DNA of 64,000 nt from contig NW_021836159.1 in the NCBI RefSeq assembly GCF_006345805.1, positions 1 to 64,000 on the forward strand, given 5' to 3'. Origin of the DNA: Octopus sinensis (Eukaryota). Made by a program: the position numbers and the translations under genes. Of this stretch, positions 1 to 31,147 are shown piece by piece. The notes under the pieces were generated by a model that made no database searches, was not told the DNA's origin, and saw nothing but the letters and a program-made list of their open reading frames with translations. Within the stretch, counting starts at the first letter, position 1, and each line of letters opens with the position of its first letter.

Positions 1-101
1 GACTAGCGTCGCATTTGCAGGGACGAGTGGACTAGTGATAATTATACATACACTGTATATATCTAAAAGCTCATAAGACAATTCTTAATAAGGCAATCAG
101 C

Positions 102-17865
<17,764 letters not shown>

Positions 17866-20800
17866 ACAAGGAAACAGAATTTCTATTATTCCAAATAATT
17901 TCCCCTGCAGTATGGAATATGAAGAATCCATTGTACCATATGATAATGACGGTTTTAATTTAAGCATATACTAATGAATATTGGTTTTCTGCAGCGATTA
18001 TTTTCTTTCTAAACATACATATATATGTTTCATCTTTAATGTATTAATATTCCTGTCTAATTCATATGCTTTATCCTGTGCTTCTTTGTCACAATTCTTC
18101 TGGAATTGTTTGCAACCAAATTTATGCACTACATATCCAATAAATTAAACAACAGAACACATTTCAGATTAGGTGAATTAATATTGCTATGAAAATGAAA
18201 TAAACAAATTACCAGGCTAATTTGAACAGCATGTCTTTGTTTTTCTTGCTTTTTTGCCTTTATTTCTCTTTACATATTTTCCCATCCTTTCCAATCAAGT
18301 TTTCTTTGTAGTTTCTTCAGACATGTCACTGTCACATAAATATCAGAACCAGTGCTGAGATCACACGATGATAGGTATTTTGAACACAGTTACTCTATAT
18401 TGTTCTCAATACACTATACAGACAGATTTAAATATATAAGCAGTTATGATTTTGCATCCTCCACCATACAATTAGTTTACAACAAAGAAGCTCCCACTGT
18501 TAGGCACTAAATCTTTCTCAAATTACTTTATTCAATACGTAAAAACGCTTACTGAACAATGCAGTCTAGTCTTAGATATGCATTGTCTTAACAAGGAAAT
18601 TGTCAAGTGTAGCTGGAATGTTTTTAGTTATAGGTCTGCTAGATAAGGACTGACTTGAGGTTACATAACCACAACAGGACAATTTGCTTTTGCTTATGAA
18701 GAAGCTTTTGCTGTTCGTTGTGTTTTACGATTTTTGTAAAGGACAGTAGTTACCTTGTTGATAACTGTCTATAAAATGTAAAATCTATGTTATCAATGTC
18801 CAGCAGCAGTTAATCAATTGCACATTATAAGATGGAATCTTTAGTAATGATACAATTTCTATAAGAGACATTACCAGCTGGAAAACAAGCTTTTAGATTG
18901 ATAACGACATGTTTCAGGAGAATTTACCACTGTTGGCACCAGGATATAGGCAGTCTGATTATTTTTATGACAAAAATTCAAAAAGTGTAGTGATATTCTA
19001 TTTCAAAATGTGTAGTGATATTAATTCAAATTAATGTTTTTCCAGTTTCCATTGATCACTCGGTCGATTGATCACTGGATGAGTGAATGAATGGATGGAA
19101 AGAGGAGGAGGTGATTGGGGAGAGGAAGGATGAACACGTACATTCGTACATACATACAAATATGAATGGATGGATAAATATATACATTCATGCATACATA
19201 TGAATGTATGCATGCATTCATATAGAAAAGATAAATAAACAACACATAACAACCAATAGTTTTCAAACTTAAATTTATTTCACTTCGAAAGAACATAGAT
19301 AAATTGGCATATCTGATGCATTTAAGAAAAACAATTTCAGTTGGATATTGTCAAAATAGTTCAGTTTATATATCAACAACCTGAAAATTACCTGTTTATT
19401 TTACTTCAAATAATTTCACGTGAACTTTAATTATTTATTGATTTATTATTTGCTTTTCACTGATGAGGAATAGACATTTTAGAACTGGAGCTTGTACATA
19501 CACGGGTTAAAGATTTGGTTGTACTTTCAAGATCATTATCTACAAAAGAATTTAGATTTTTAAAGTTCTTATAAAATAAATCTAATTTGTTTACTTCTTT
19601 GCATTCAGAGTACTCTGTCAAATGTAATGTTTATTCATATTACTTAGAATTAATCACGTATTGTATTGTAGCTTAAATGCGTCAATGATATGATTATTTA
19701 TTTTTAATTGGACATTGTAGGATAAGTGTAAAAGACCAAATTTGGCCACTTTCAATATAAAAGAAGTAGAATATTATGGTTGCTTTAAATGCTAGTGTTG
19801 ATTTACTTACCATCAAGAAAAAACAGTCAACATATTGCTCTTTGTAAATAGTATTAAAAGTGAGCTTGAATCTTGCCAAACTGAAATGTGAATATGAACG
19901 GTATAAAACAAGTCTCAAGTAAATTGGACAACTGGTTGCTGAGATATTACGGGTTTTCGGGGTAAAACGGTACATAATGGGAAAATACTCCGAAAATAGC
20001 TTAACCCTGAAGAGAAGAAACTCTAACCTTTCGAATAGACACAGTGACTTGACAACGAGAAAATACGACTTGTTTTTTATAGTAAATGTTTCTATTTTCG
20101 CTTTTGTTAAATACAATATCTTAATCATTTAGAAATATTCTTAAGCGAATATGATTTCAAAAATGTGTCTTGCTTGAACAATATGTATTTATATTTTAGC
20201 TTTCTTTCAACAGACAGAATTTTAATGATTTCTAAAATTATTTTCAAATAAATACCATTTCAAAATATTTTTTGGCTTATTTAAAGAATATTTTAAAGTG
20301 AAAATGGCTTTAAAAATACGGTAAATATTTCGTAAAAGACCCGTTCGTAACCTCGGTGTGAAATAATTTTTTCCATAGGTTATTTTCGAGTGCATTCAAC
20401 GTATCTCACCTCCAAAGATTTGGCTGCTATTCCTAGCAAACCCTGCTAACACGTAAAGGACCCGAAATAACAGTTATGTGGTAGCAGGGCATGCAAGAAA
20501 TAACAGCCAAATTTTTTCTTTTCTGAGGAAAGAAGCCGTTTCGCTGATGCTTTCAAGAAGTTGACATTGAAATCACGCGAAATTACCTGGAAAAGAAAAA
20601 CAAAACACGAAACAAAACTCAGTTGTTAGGAAAATCAGACTTACCCAGTGATCCAAGCAATTCACTACCGGTGACCCGACGGGTCACCGGTCGTGAAGTA
20701 GTCGATAAAGATGAAGACATCAGAATATAACTAGTCAGGTTTAATCAAAACCTAGAAAGTTATCCTGTAGTCATTATTATATAAAATTTTCAGGTCTAAC

Positions 20801-22453
20801 ATATTCTGCAGTATATGATAAGGCCCCTCTGTTGTAGCATTATCTGCAAGAAACAGCTGCAAAAGTCATCTTTCAATCACAAATTAACTAGAAAATATGA
20901 AACATCATTAAGGTGGGTTCATCTATATGACAAAATAAATAAGGCTGTGCAGTCAAACAATACACAACAGAGAAATAAACCAACAACATGTCATATATCT
21001 TTTACTTGTTTCACTCATTTGACTGAGGACATGGTGCACTGCCTAGAAGTGTTTCGTCAAACAAATCATCTCCAGTACATTTTTAAGGTTAGAACGTATT
21101 CTTTATTGGTCTTTTGCTTAACTGTTAGGTTACAGGGATGTAAACAAACCATCACAGGTTCTCAGACAGTGTGGTTGGGTGGAGTAGATGAAGAAAGACT
21201 GATAAAATATATTGGCAAGAAATCTTGAAATAAAACTGAATAACACACGCACAGAAGCACACGCGCGCACACTCAAAAACAACCATACACACCCACACGC
21301 GACACGTATGCACGCACATACACATGCAGACACGCACACACACGCAAAGACACACACACAAGCACACACACAAGCACACACGCATACACACACACATACA
21401 CACACACACACACACATACATACATACATACATACATACATACATACATACATACATACATACATACATACATACATACAGTCAGTCAGGTGACTGGTAC
21501 ATGTTTTTTAAATAATTTTTCCTGATTGTAATTGAGGTTGCTAATAAATATCTGGATAATATTTGGACTTTAACAATCAATATCCTTCCCTCTGTTGTAT
21601 TGCAAGTCAACTGTTTTCTAACACTGTCTTAATTAAGTAATTTTCAATTTTCAAAAACTGATGTTTAAGATGGTTTAAAATGAATCATGAATAATTTCAA
21701 AAGTGTCTTCTCTTTAACTGCACGGTACGGAAATATATCAGTAAGAGAGCCACTCCAGAAGTTCGTGAAGAAACTATAATATTTTGCGTTGATTTTGTTG
21801 ATATATTCGAGTTTCGGAAATTTCGTACCATGTGTCATTTTTCCGTGATCCTCCTTCATTTAACATAGATATCTTAAATATTTGCTGCATTTTTGATCTT
21901 CCTGATGTCTAAATTAGGATATTGATGTGTATGAGTTTGTTTTCAAATGTAATTCTGGAGAACTGAAGAGGCACGTTTACTTGAACTTGGGTTACTCATT
22001 TTGCCCCAGCTAAATTTATCTATGATGTGCTCAAAGAGAACGGTGATAATTTTCTGAAATTTTGGTCATATTATTTTATGATGCTTTTAATGCATTTTGG
22101 GAAGATCATTTGCTTAGCTGATATTGTTTTTGCAAGGTTGTGAACAGTTGTAAAAAATACGTCTTCTTAAAGTCAATCATGCAGTAAAAATCCCTCATTG
22201 TGCACCACCCATCCCTGTTGAAAACGAAAACTATTTATAAATTTCCTTTAAAACAAGTTAAGTACAACAATTCATTTTCTTTCTATTTGTGATAAATTTA
22301 CATCTTTTAATAGAACATACATACGTGTTAACTATATACCAAAAATGTTGGAATCTGGCTCCCTCCTCAGTGGAATATTTATAAAAATTAAAGAATAGAA
22401 GAGACATACATATATACATTCATAAGGAAAGAGTGACAGAGAGAGGGAGTGCG

Positions 22454-22524
<71 letters not shown>

Positions 22525-22805
22525 TCGGTGAGAGCAAGCTAAACAGTGACTGAACGCATCTGCTGTGTCAGTTGATTTGTGAATTTCCACGCTCTTCATT
22601 CAGGACAAACAATCGATTAAAGGAATGAGTTCTCAAATGGTATGAAAATCTGAAATGATTGAGAGGAAACAATTGAAGTGGACAGGGTCTGAGTCATTTA
22701 TTTTAATTGTGTATTGGGAAAGAGATCGAGTTAAAAAAAAAACATAGGCAGGTAGATGCATAGACAGAGAGAGAGAGAGATAGGCTGACTGACACACAGA
22801 CAGGT

Positions 22806-23050
<245 letters not shown>

Positions 23051-23387
23051 TGTTTCTTTATTAGCCACACAGGGCTGCACACAGACAGGACAAATTACAA
23101 GGTAGAGCTTTTCTTTTGGGATAAAAAAGGAGGTTTGGTATTCGATCAAAAGGGATCGTAAAAGGAAAGAAAGAGGACAAAAAAAAGGGGGTGGGATAAA
23201 AAATAAAAGGAAAAGAAAAAAATCGATCAATAGGGATCGTTATCACAGAAATGTCAATATAAAGTGTAAAGGGGAGGACAGGTGTGGTTTACCCGTGGAA
23301 AGAAAAGCCTACGGAAAAGCCACGGTAACCTCGTCACATGTTATATTTTTTTACAAATAAGCAACTCTCTGTATTAATTTTTACGGT

Positions 23388-26300
23388 TCATAGGATCATA
23401 GTCAAGGTGGCTTCGTCATTCATACGTGCCATCCTTGCTACATTCACCCATCTTTTTTTAAAACATTCACTAGACAAAACTTGCCTCTCTACTCTCACTT
23501 TCCTCTTCAAGTGATACTTGAAGAAGTTGATGAGAGATTGACCAGAGAGGAAAGTGTTTGTCTCTAATCCTTTTAGGCGCGTCCACCAGATACATTCTTT
23601 CGCCATAGCCACAAGTATGATAAAAATAGCTCTTCCTTTTCGTTTGAAGGAAGGAGGCGTGACGATATTAACGATAGACTCGGCTGATAAACCGACACGT
23701 CCCACACGTGACAGCAGTCGTTCGACATAAGCCCACAGGTCGGGATTGTTGGACACTGCACGATTGCGTGCAGAACGGTTTCGTCCCACACGTGACAGCA
23801 GTTGTTCGACATAAGCCCACAGGTCGGAAATTGTTGGATACTGCACGAGTGCGTGCAGAACGGTTTCGTCGCTCTGACCGCATCTCGGGCAGGTCGGCCC
23901 CGTGTTTCTCGAGCCGTGTCTGTAGAGCTTCTCCTGAACGGGTAGCGCTTCTCGATAGCACTGCCAGGCCAGGTTCGCCCCGAGCTCGTCGTCGTACCTC
24001 CCCTCCACTAATCCCCTATAGAATGCTTTGGTTGTGTTGAAGTCACTCAAGGTCGACCCAGGACGGCAGAGTTGCTTGAGAGCAACGCGACACTCGCGGT
24101 GCCATTCGCCCTTCCTCGGCCTCTTTTTGATCCACGACTGCAGTTCGGTCATGGAGACGAGCTGCGGGAAAGCGTGCCTCACAAACGGCGACCACACCTG
24201 TTCACCGTCGTCTACATAGAGCCAGAGATGTCGCAGTCTCAGCGCGTGTCTGCGCATCATCAACCACGGCATGCCCAGCCCTCCTTTTAACGGGTGTTGA
24301 CAGCAAATGGATCGCCTGACCATCGGGACGCATCCTTTCCACAAGAAGCGAAAGAGAATGCGTTGTAGTTTGGTGATGGTAGGGTCGGGACAAGGTACGA
24401 CGGTCAGGCGGTAGTAGATGACGGACGCGATGTACGTGTCCGCCACCTCCGTCCGACCTTTTAGGGACAGTTTCCTCTCGGCCCATTGCCGGGCGAGAGT
24501 GACCACCCTACTCGTTATCTCGTTCCAGTTCTTCTCCACTTGGAGGTCCGGACCAAACCAGACCCCGAGCAACTCAACCGGGCCGTCGGTCCAGCGTCCC
24601 ACGACGGAGGCGCTGGTGGACAACATGGGCTTGCTTCTCCAGGTGCCTAGTCGCAAGCCCACTGACTTTTCCCGGTTGATTTTCGCTCCTGTCACCGCTT
24701 CGTAGTTTTTCAGTGTCTCGCCTACCTGCTCGATGTGCTCGTGGCTAGACACTATGACGGTGACGTCGTCCGCGTATGCAGACACGCTCGGCCCACATCC
24801 CAGTTCTCGCGGAATTCCCCTCAAAGTTGCCAGCTTCCGCAATAATGGCTCGAGAGTCAATACGTATAGAAGCGACGAGAGGGGGCATCCCTGACGGACC
24901 GAACGTGCGATGTCGAAGGGTCTCGATAGATGTCCATTCACGCGAATTACCGAACGGATGCCTCTGTACAAAGCGGCTATGCAGCCGCGGAAGACGGACC
25001 GAAGCCAGCCGCTCTGAGGACCGCCTCCAAGTACCGATGGTCTACCCTATCGAAAGCTTTCGATTGATCCAAATTGATCAGCGCCCCACCCATGCCAGGT
25101 TCGTTAACTACCCTGTCTATGATGTAGCGCATCAGGTGGAGGTTGTCATGGATGGTCCGGCCCGGCACGGCGCATGTTTGCGCCTTGTCGATCAGTTTCT
25201 CGATGACAAGCGCCAACCTCTTGGCTAGCACCTTGGCCAAAATTTTCAAGTCTGCATTAAGCAGAGTGATGGGCCTAAAGTTATCTATTACATTTCCCTT
25301 GTTTAGGTCTTTCTTCAGCAGTGTTACGGCTCCTCAGCTCACAAAACCAGGAATGCTCCCGTTTTGCTGCCAGTTGCAGTACACCGCCGCCAAGAGATCT
25401 CCAAACAAGTCTGGCATACAATTGTAAAGCTCGTAGGGTAGACCATCCAAACCCGGTGATTTGTCCCTCGAGCATTTTGCCATCGCGTCCTGCACTTCCG
25501 CCGCCGTGATGGCACCTTCGCAGCACCCTGCCTTTCTTGTCGAGAGTCGTGGTAGGCTATGTAGGTAGGCACTGAAGTCCACCCTACGTTCTTGCCCTCC
25601 ACTCGTCCCGAACAGTCGGGCAAAATGCTGCTGAAAGGCCTCACACATTTTACTTGGCTCGAGCAATTCGCGCCCCTGTTCATCTACCAGGGACCGAATG
25701 GTGGCTTTGTTGCCCTGTTGCGCCTCTGCCACCCGGGCCTCTCTCGCGGCTCCAACACCTTCGTTCCTTAGAGCACGCATCCTAGCTCTGACAGCACATC
25801 CTCGCCGCCAAAACGTCGGATGCGATGCCGCTTCTAATTGCCTCTTCTAGCTTCTTAACTAGCTCACCCTCTACTCTATTTCTATCTATGGATAGTGCTT
25901 TGTTGTACTTAATCGCTTCTGCTTTTACTGCTTTCTTGAGGGCAAACCACCATTTGTTGTTGATGATGGCTCCCGTCAAAGCCCTCTTTACTAGTGTGCT
26001 AATCCGGTCTCTGAAAACCTGTCTCGATGGGAAAGACGCGTTTAGTTTCCAGTATCCGGGACCCTGCCTAAGTGTCTTACCTAAGTCTAGCGTACATGTC
26101 ACAAGTTTGTGATCCGTGTAGCTGACTATGTGGAATTGTGGACATCCTATGCTATCTCTGTCTACTGTCCTACACAGTATCCTATCTAGATACGATCTCG
26201 ACGACCCGATGCGGTTGCTCCATGTCCACGTTGGCGCATTCGGGTGGTCTAGTCGGAACCTGTCAGACAGTTGAAAGCGTCTGAGCAGGTCTCTGAGGCA

Positions 26301-26789
26301 TTTGCATCCCCGTCTATTCCTATCTCTACCCACGTAGTCTACATGCGTGTCCAAGGTAGCATTCCAATCCCCCACTAAGAGTAAAGGACGAGACGTTCCC
26401 AAGAATACTTCTAGACGTTGAAAGAAATCCGCCCGACCTGTTAAGGGCGGTGCGGAGACTGATACGAGTCGAAAAGCGCACCCATTGCTGCTGTTGACAT
26501 CCAGGACGACCAGTCTACCCTCCGGGTCTACGAATATTGTCCTTACTTTGAGATCCAGACTCTTGCGAAAAAGTACCGCGATGCCACTACCGCCCATTCT
26601 CGGGAGATAGGGGGAAAAATAAATGTTGAACTGTCCGCCAAACATGGTCTTTAGGGCCCGCGGATTGTGGAGTCTGGTCTCACTTATGGCTATGATTTCT
26701 AACTTATGTGACTTTATGTCATTTAAGAGGTACCCTTGTTTCCAAGGGGACCCCAAGCCACGCGCATTTACACAACCAATCTTGATCAT
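23388..26789 (-). pseudogene. LINE ORF2 (APE endonuclease + reverse transcriptase), disrupted
   Basis: Pieces 25782..26789, 25334..25780, 24977..25249 and 23388..24971. Confidence 0.9.
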
Positions 26790-26921
26790 AATCCTAATGA
26801 ATTAGAATACAAGTGAAAGGAACAGAGGGTTACTTACTGCTCGAAAGTTTTTGCTTTCTCCTCCTTTGGTTTGTCCTCGAGGAGATCCCAGTACAGTTTC
26901 TTTGTGAGATATTTTTGGCAT

Positions 26922-28110
26922 TTACCAACCGCACTTTGAGTGTGTGGTGCAGACTTTTGGAGATGTATAATATTTTGATGTGGTCTGGTGGTGTTGTGTA
27001 TGGGTGATTGTTTTTATGTCATCTTCTGTTATGTTTGTTTTTGATTGGATGTATTCCATCAAATTTGTGTTTTTGGTGTCTATAGCTGTGAGCATGTTTG
27101 CTGTATATATTTTTGTGGTGTTGGTGTGGCTGTTGTTTGTGTTGGGTTTTGAAATGTCTTCGGGAGATGTATTTCCCCCTGCTTTGTTCGTGTTTGCATT
27201 TGGTTTGGTTGTGTTTCTGCTCTTTATTTTCCTTCTTTTTGTAGCTATTTGCCATTCCTCACTGGTTTCGTCTTCCGACGAAATTTCTGAGGAATCAGTA
27301 GGGGGTAGGGGTATGTTGTAGGCTTCTATGTATGTCTGTGTAAGTGGTTGTGTTGTTTTCGTTGTTGTTGGTTGTTGAGTGTTTGTGTGTGTTGAGTGCG
27401 GTATAAGGGATGGGGGATCAGTTTTTGTGTGTTTTCTTTGTTTTTCTGTTCCTTTGGTTCTTGCTGTTGTTGGTGGTGTTGGTATTTTTTCAGGTGCTGA
27501 GTGGTTTTTGGTTGATGACGGATTAGCTTGGTGTGCTTCTCTTGTCGTCTTCTGTGTTGATGGTGGTGTGGGTAGTAGAGCTTTTTTTCCGGAGTGCTTT
27601 GGTTGTGGTAGTGGTTGTTGTTGTTGCTCTTGGTGTGCAGTGGTTGGGTACGTCTTTTTCAAGTGTGTTTCGCTTCCACACAAATAGCAGCGTGGTCGCC
27701 TGCCCTCTACCACTACATAGAGTTTGTAGCCTCCTGGCAGTTCTATAGTGGTGGGTATCTTCTCTCTTGCTGCTTCATCCAATTGAAGAAGGAATTCGAT
27801 TGATTTTCCCACATAGTCTTTCTCTCCTAGAACAGCGATTTCAAGGATGTTTGTCTCTGACATTGTCTCTGTCATTTCAAAGCAGATGGCAGAGACTAAC
27901 CATTGTGTTTCGACTTCAAGTGGTACATTTATTTGGACTTTCGTGACCCTTTTGTTTAAATAGACTGGTATCATTACCAAGTCGTCCGAATGCAGCTCCA
28001 ATGTGGAAAAACGTTTTGCTAAATTTTCGTTGAGGAAACGTACTTCGACTGTACCAAATTTGTTTCCCCAACTGATATATTCCTTGGAGTCCCATGCAGG
28101 ACGAAGACAT
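26922..28110 (-). pseudogene. LINE ORF1 (zinc-knuckle nucleic-acid-binding protein), frameshifted
   Basis: ORFs 27916..28110 and 26922..28001 overlap in different frames; CX2CX4HX4C has its last Cys changed to Tyr. Confidence 0.75.
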
Positions 28111-28133
28111 TTTTCAATTTTTTCCTGCGGTGC

Positions 28134-28147
28134 AGATAGATAGATAG

Positions 28148-28228
<81 letters not shown>
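28134..28228. repeat. (GATA)n between the 5' end of LINE copy 1 and the 3' end of LINE copy 2
   Basis: Direct inspection. Confidence 0.95.
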
Positions 28229-28229
<1 letters not shown>

Positions 28230-28274
28230 ACAAACAGAGAGGTAGATAGGACAGTCAGACAGACGGCAATTTAG

Positions 28275-31147
28275 ATTTCTTTATTTAGCCACACAGGACC
28301 GAAAACAGATGGAACAATACAATGTAGAATTTTTTATTTTCGAAACAGCTCAGTAGGGATTGAAAAACGTTTTGGAGCGCGAACACATGTAGATAACAAG
28401 GTTTCGTTTTTAACTATTTATATTCCCCAAAAAGGGGAGAAAATATAACACTGACTAGAGTTATCCGTGGAGAGAAAAACCTCCGAAAAAACCTCGGTAA
28501 CCTCGTAAAAAAGGAAAACAATATGAGAGAAATGTGCCCTCTCTCCTTTTGTTTTATAGGTTTATGTTTAAAATGGTTCCGCCATTTATGTGTACCATCT
28601 TTGCTACATTCACCCACCTTTCATTAAAAATTTCATTATACAAAATTTCCCTTACTACTTTTACCTCCCTTTTCAAGTGATACTTCAAAGGCTAATGAGA
28701 GGTTGGCCAGAGAGGAAAGTATTTGTCTCTAAGCCTTTCAAACGATACCACTTATCGGGTGTTGACAGCAAATGTATCGCCTATCCACAAAAAATGAGGA
28801 GAATGCGTTCTAGTTTCGTGATGGCAGAGTCGAGACAAGGCACGGCGGTCAGACTGTAGTAGATGACGGATACGATGTACGTATTTGCCACCTCGGCCCG
28901 ACCTTTTAGAGATAGCTTCTTCTCGGCCCACAGCTGAGTGTGAGTGATTACTTTACTCGTTATCTCGTCCCAGTTCTCCATTTGGAGTTCTGAGTCGAAC
29001 CAAAACCCGAACAATTTAACCGATCCGTCTGTCCAGTGCCCCACGATGGAAGCGCTGTTGGAGGAGCATAGGCTTGATACAATAGGTGCCGAGCCGCATG
29101 CTCACCGGAGTTTTCGGGTTAATTTTTGCTCCCGTTACCGATTCGTATTCTTTTAGTGTCTCGCCGACCAGGTCAGTATGTCTGAGGCTTGATACTATGA
29201 CGGTGATATCGTCCGCATATGCAGTACGCTCCATCCGTATCCCAGTTCTCGCGGGATACCCCTCAGCGTCGCCAGCTTCCACAATAATGGCTCAAGAGTC
29301 AATATATACGAAAGTGACGAGAAGGGGCATCCCCGACAACCCGAACGCATGATGTCTGAATGGTTTAGATGGATGGTCATTTACTCGAACTACTGAGCGG
29401 TTGCCGCTGTATAAAGCAGCGTTCCAACCACGGAAGACTGGACCGAAATCAGCCACCCAAAGGACAGCCACCAAGTATCGATGGTCGATACTATCGAAGG
29501 CTTTTGATTGATCCAAAGTGATCAGCACCCTACCTATGCCAGGTTCTATAACTACCCTGTGTATGATGTAGCGCATGAGGTGGAGGTTACCATGAATAGT
29601 TCTTCCCCCAAGACGCATGTTTGCCCCTTGTCGACCAGTTTCTCGATGACAAACACCAACCGCTCGGCTAGCACTTTGGCCAAAGTTTTCAAATCTACGT
29701 TGAGCAGAGTGATGGGCCTGAAATTATCTATAACGATCCCCTTGTTTGCGACTTTCTTTAACAGTGTCACTGCTCCTCGACTCACAAAACTGAGCGGCTG
29801 TAATGGAACTTTCACAACATTCCGCCTCTCTTGCCGAGAGTCATGGCAGACCATACATGTAGTCTCTAAAGTCGGTTCTGCATTCTGATCCACCAGTTGT
29901 CCCGAGCAGCCGGACAAAGTCCTGGTGAAAGGCCCCACACCTCCTTTCGGTTTCGAGTAATTCGCACCCTTGTTGATCTATCAAAGACCAAATGGTAGCT
30001 TTGTTGTCATGTTGCACCTCCGCCACACGCGCCCCTCGGGTGGTTCTAATTCCCTCGCTTCTTAGGGCTCGCATCCTAGCTCTGACAACCTTCGTGGTTG
30101 GCGTTGAAGTGTTGATCAAGGGTCAACCCCGCCGCCAGCACGTTGGTCACGCTGCTACTTCTAAGAACTTCTAATTTCTTAACTAGGTCTCTCTTTACTC
30201 TGTTTCGATCTATTACTAAAGCCTTGCTGTACCTAACCGTTTCTGCTTTATTTGCCCTCTTTGGGGCAAACCACCACTTGTTGTTGACGATGGCTCCAGT
30301 CAACGCCCTCCTAACTAATGCGTAAATCCGGTCTCTGTAAGCCTGTCGCGCCAGGAGTCACGCATTCAGTTTCCAGTATCCGGGATACTGCCTATGATTC
30401 TTATCTAAGTCGATAGTACAGGTCACGAATTTGTGATCTGTTTAGCTGATTATGTGAAATTTTGGACAATCTATACTATCCCTATCCACTGTCCTACGAA
30501 ATACTCTATCTAAATACAATCTCGACGACTCGATAAAGTTGGTCTATGTCCACATTGGCACATTCGGGTAGTCCAGTCGGTACCTGTCAGACATTTGGAA
30601 ACGTCTGAGAAGATCTTTGAGGCATTTGCATCCCAGATTTCGAATTGTCAACTGAACATGGGCTTGAAGGCCCGCGGGTTGTGGAGTCTGGTTTCGCTGA
30701 TGGCTATATCTACATTTTGAGACTTGATGCCATTTAGCAGATAACCTTGTTTCCAAGGCGGTCCCAAGCCACGCACATTTACATTACCTATTCTGATCAT
30801 GGCCCTAAAAGTTGTGTTTTACACTGAACGAGAAAAGAAAGGGAAGAGAGGTACTTACTGTTCGAAAGTTGGATACTGTCCTCTTCAAAAGTTTCCATGA
30901 GGAGGTTTTCATAGATTTTTTAGACAAGTGTTTTTGAAATCTCTCTACTGCATTAGGATACAGAGATTTCACTAAATTATGTGTGTTTCCTGCCGTATAC
31001 TATTTTTATGTGTTGTGGTGGTTTTGTGCGTGGGTGTTTGTTTTAAAACTGTTTTCTCTTAAGTCAGTGTGAGACCAAATGTATTGCATCAGCTCCAAAT
31101 TGTTTGTGTTGATTGCGATTTGCATTGTTGGCGTTTGTGTGTTTGTA
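28275..31147 (-). mobile_element. Older, internally deleted relative of the same Tx1-like LINE family
   Basis: Shares the 3' terminus tttctttatt(t)agccacacagg. Fragments NFRPITLLNVDLKTLAKVLAERL, DQSKAFDSIDHRYL, AYADDITV, LSLKGRAEVANTY; many frameshifts. 5' boundary approximate. Confidence 0.85.

Larger units (their letters stand above)
23051..28133 (-). mobile_element. Tx1/L1-clade non-LTR retrotransposon, essentially full length but decayed
   Basis: ORF1 (28110 to 26922, frameshifted) has a gag-like knuckle EGRRPRCYLCGSETHL. ORF2 (26789 to 23388, broken) has an AP endonuclease (VNARGL, ISETR, GDWN, SYLDR, TDHK), RT (KSPGLDGLP, FRPITLLN, KAFDRV, RQGCPLS, YADD) and C-terminal CPRC..ETVLH. Ends AATAAAGAAACA followed by (TATC)n. 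Confidence 0.93.

Noticed and set aside
19694-20128. 144-aa minus-strand ORF and similar AT-rich ORFs (20815, 42017, 49434)
   Set aside because: No recognisable motifs, not conserved as ORFs in the paralogous unit, composition typical of non-coding DNA or repeats.
23573-30756. Many short overlapping ORFs on both strands across the LINEs
   Set aside because: Alternative-frame or antisense by-products of GC-richer, frameshifted retrotransposon sequence.
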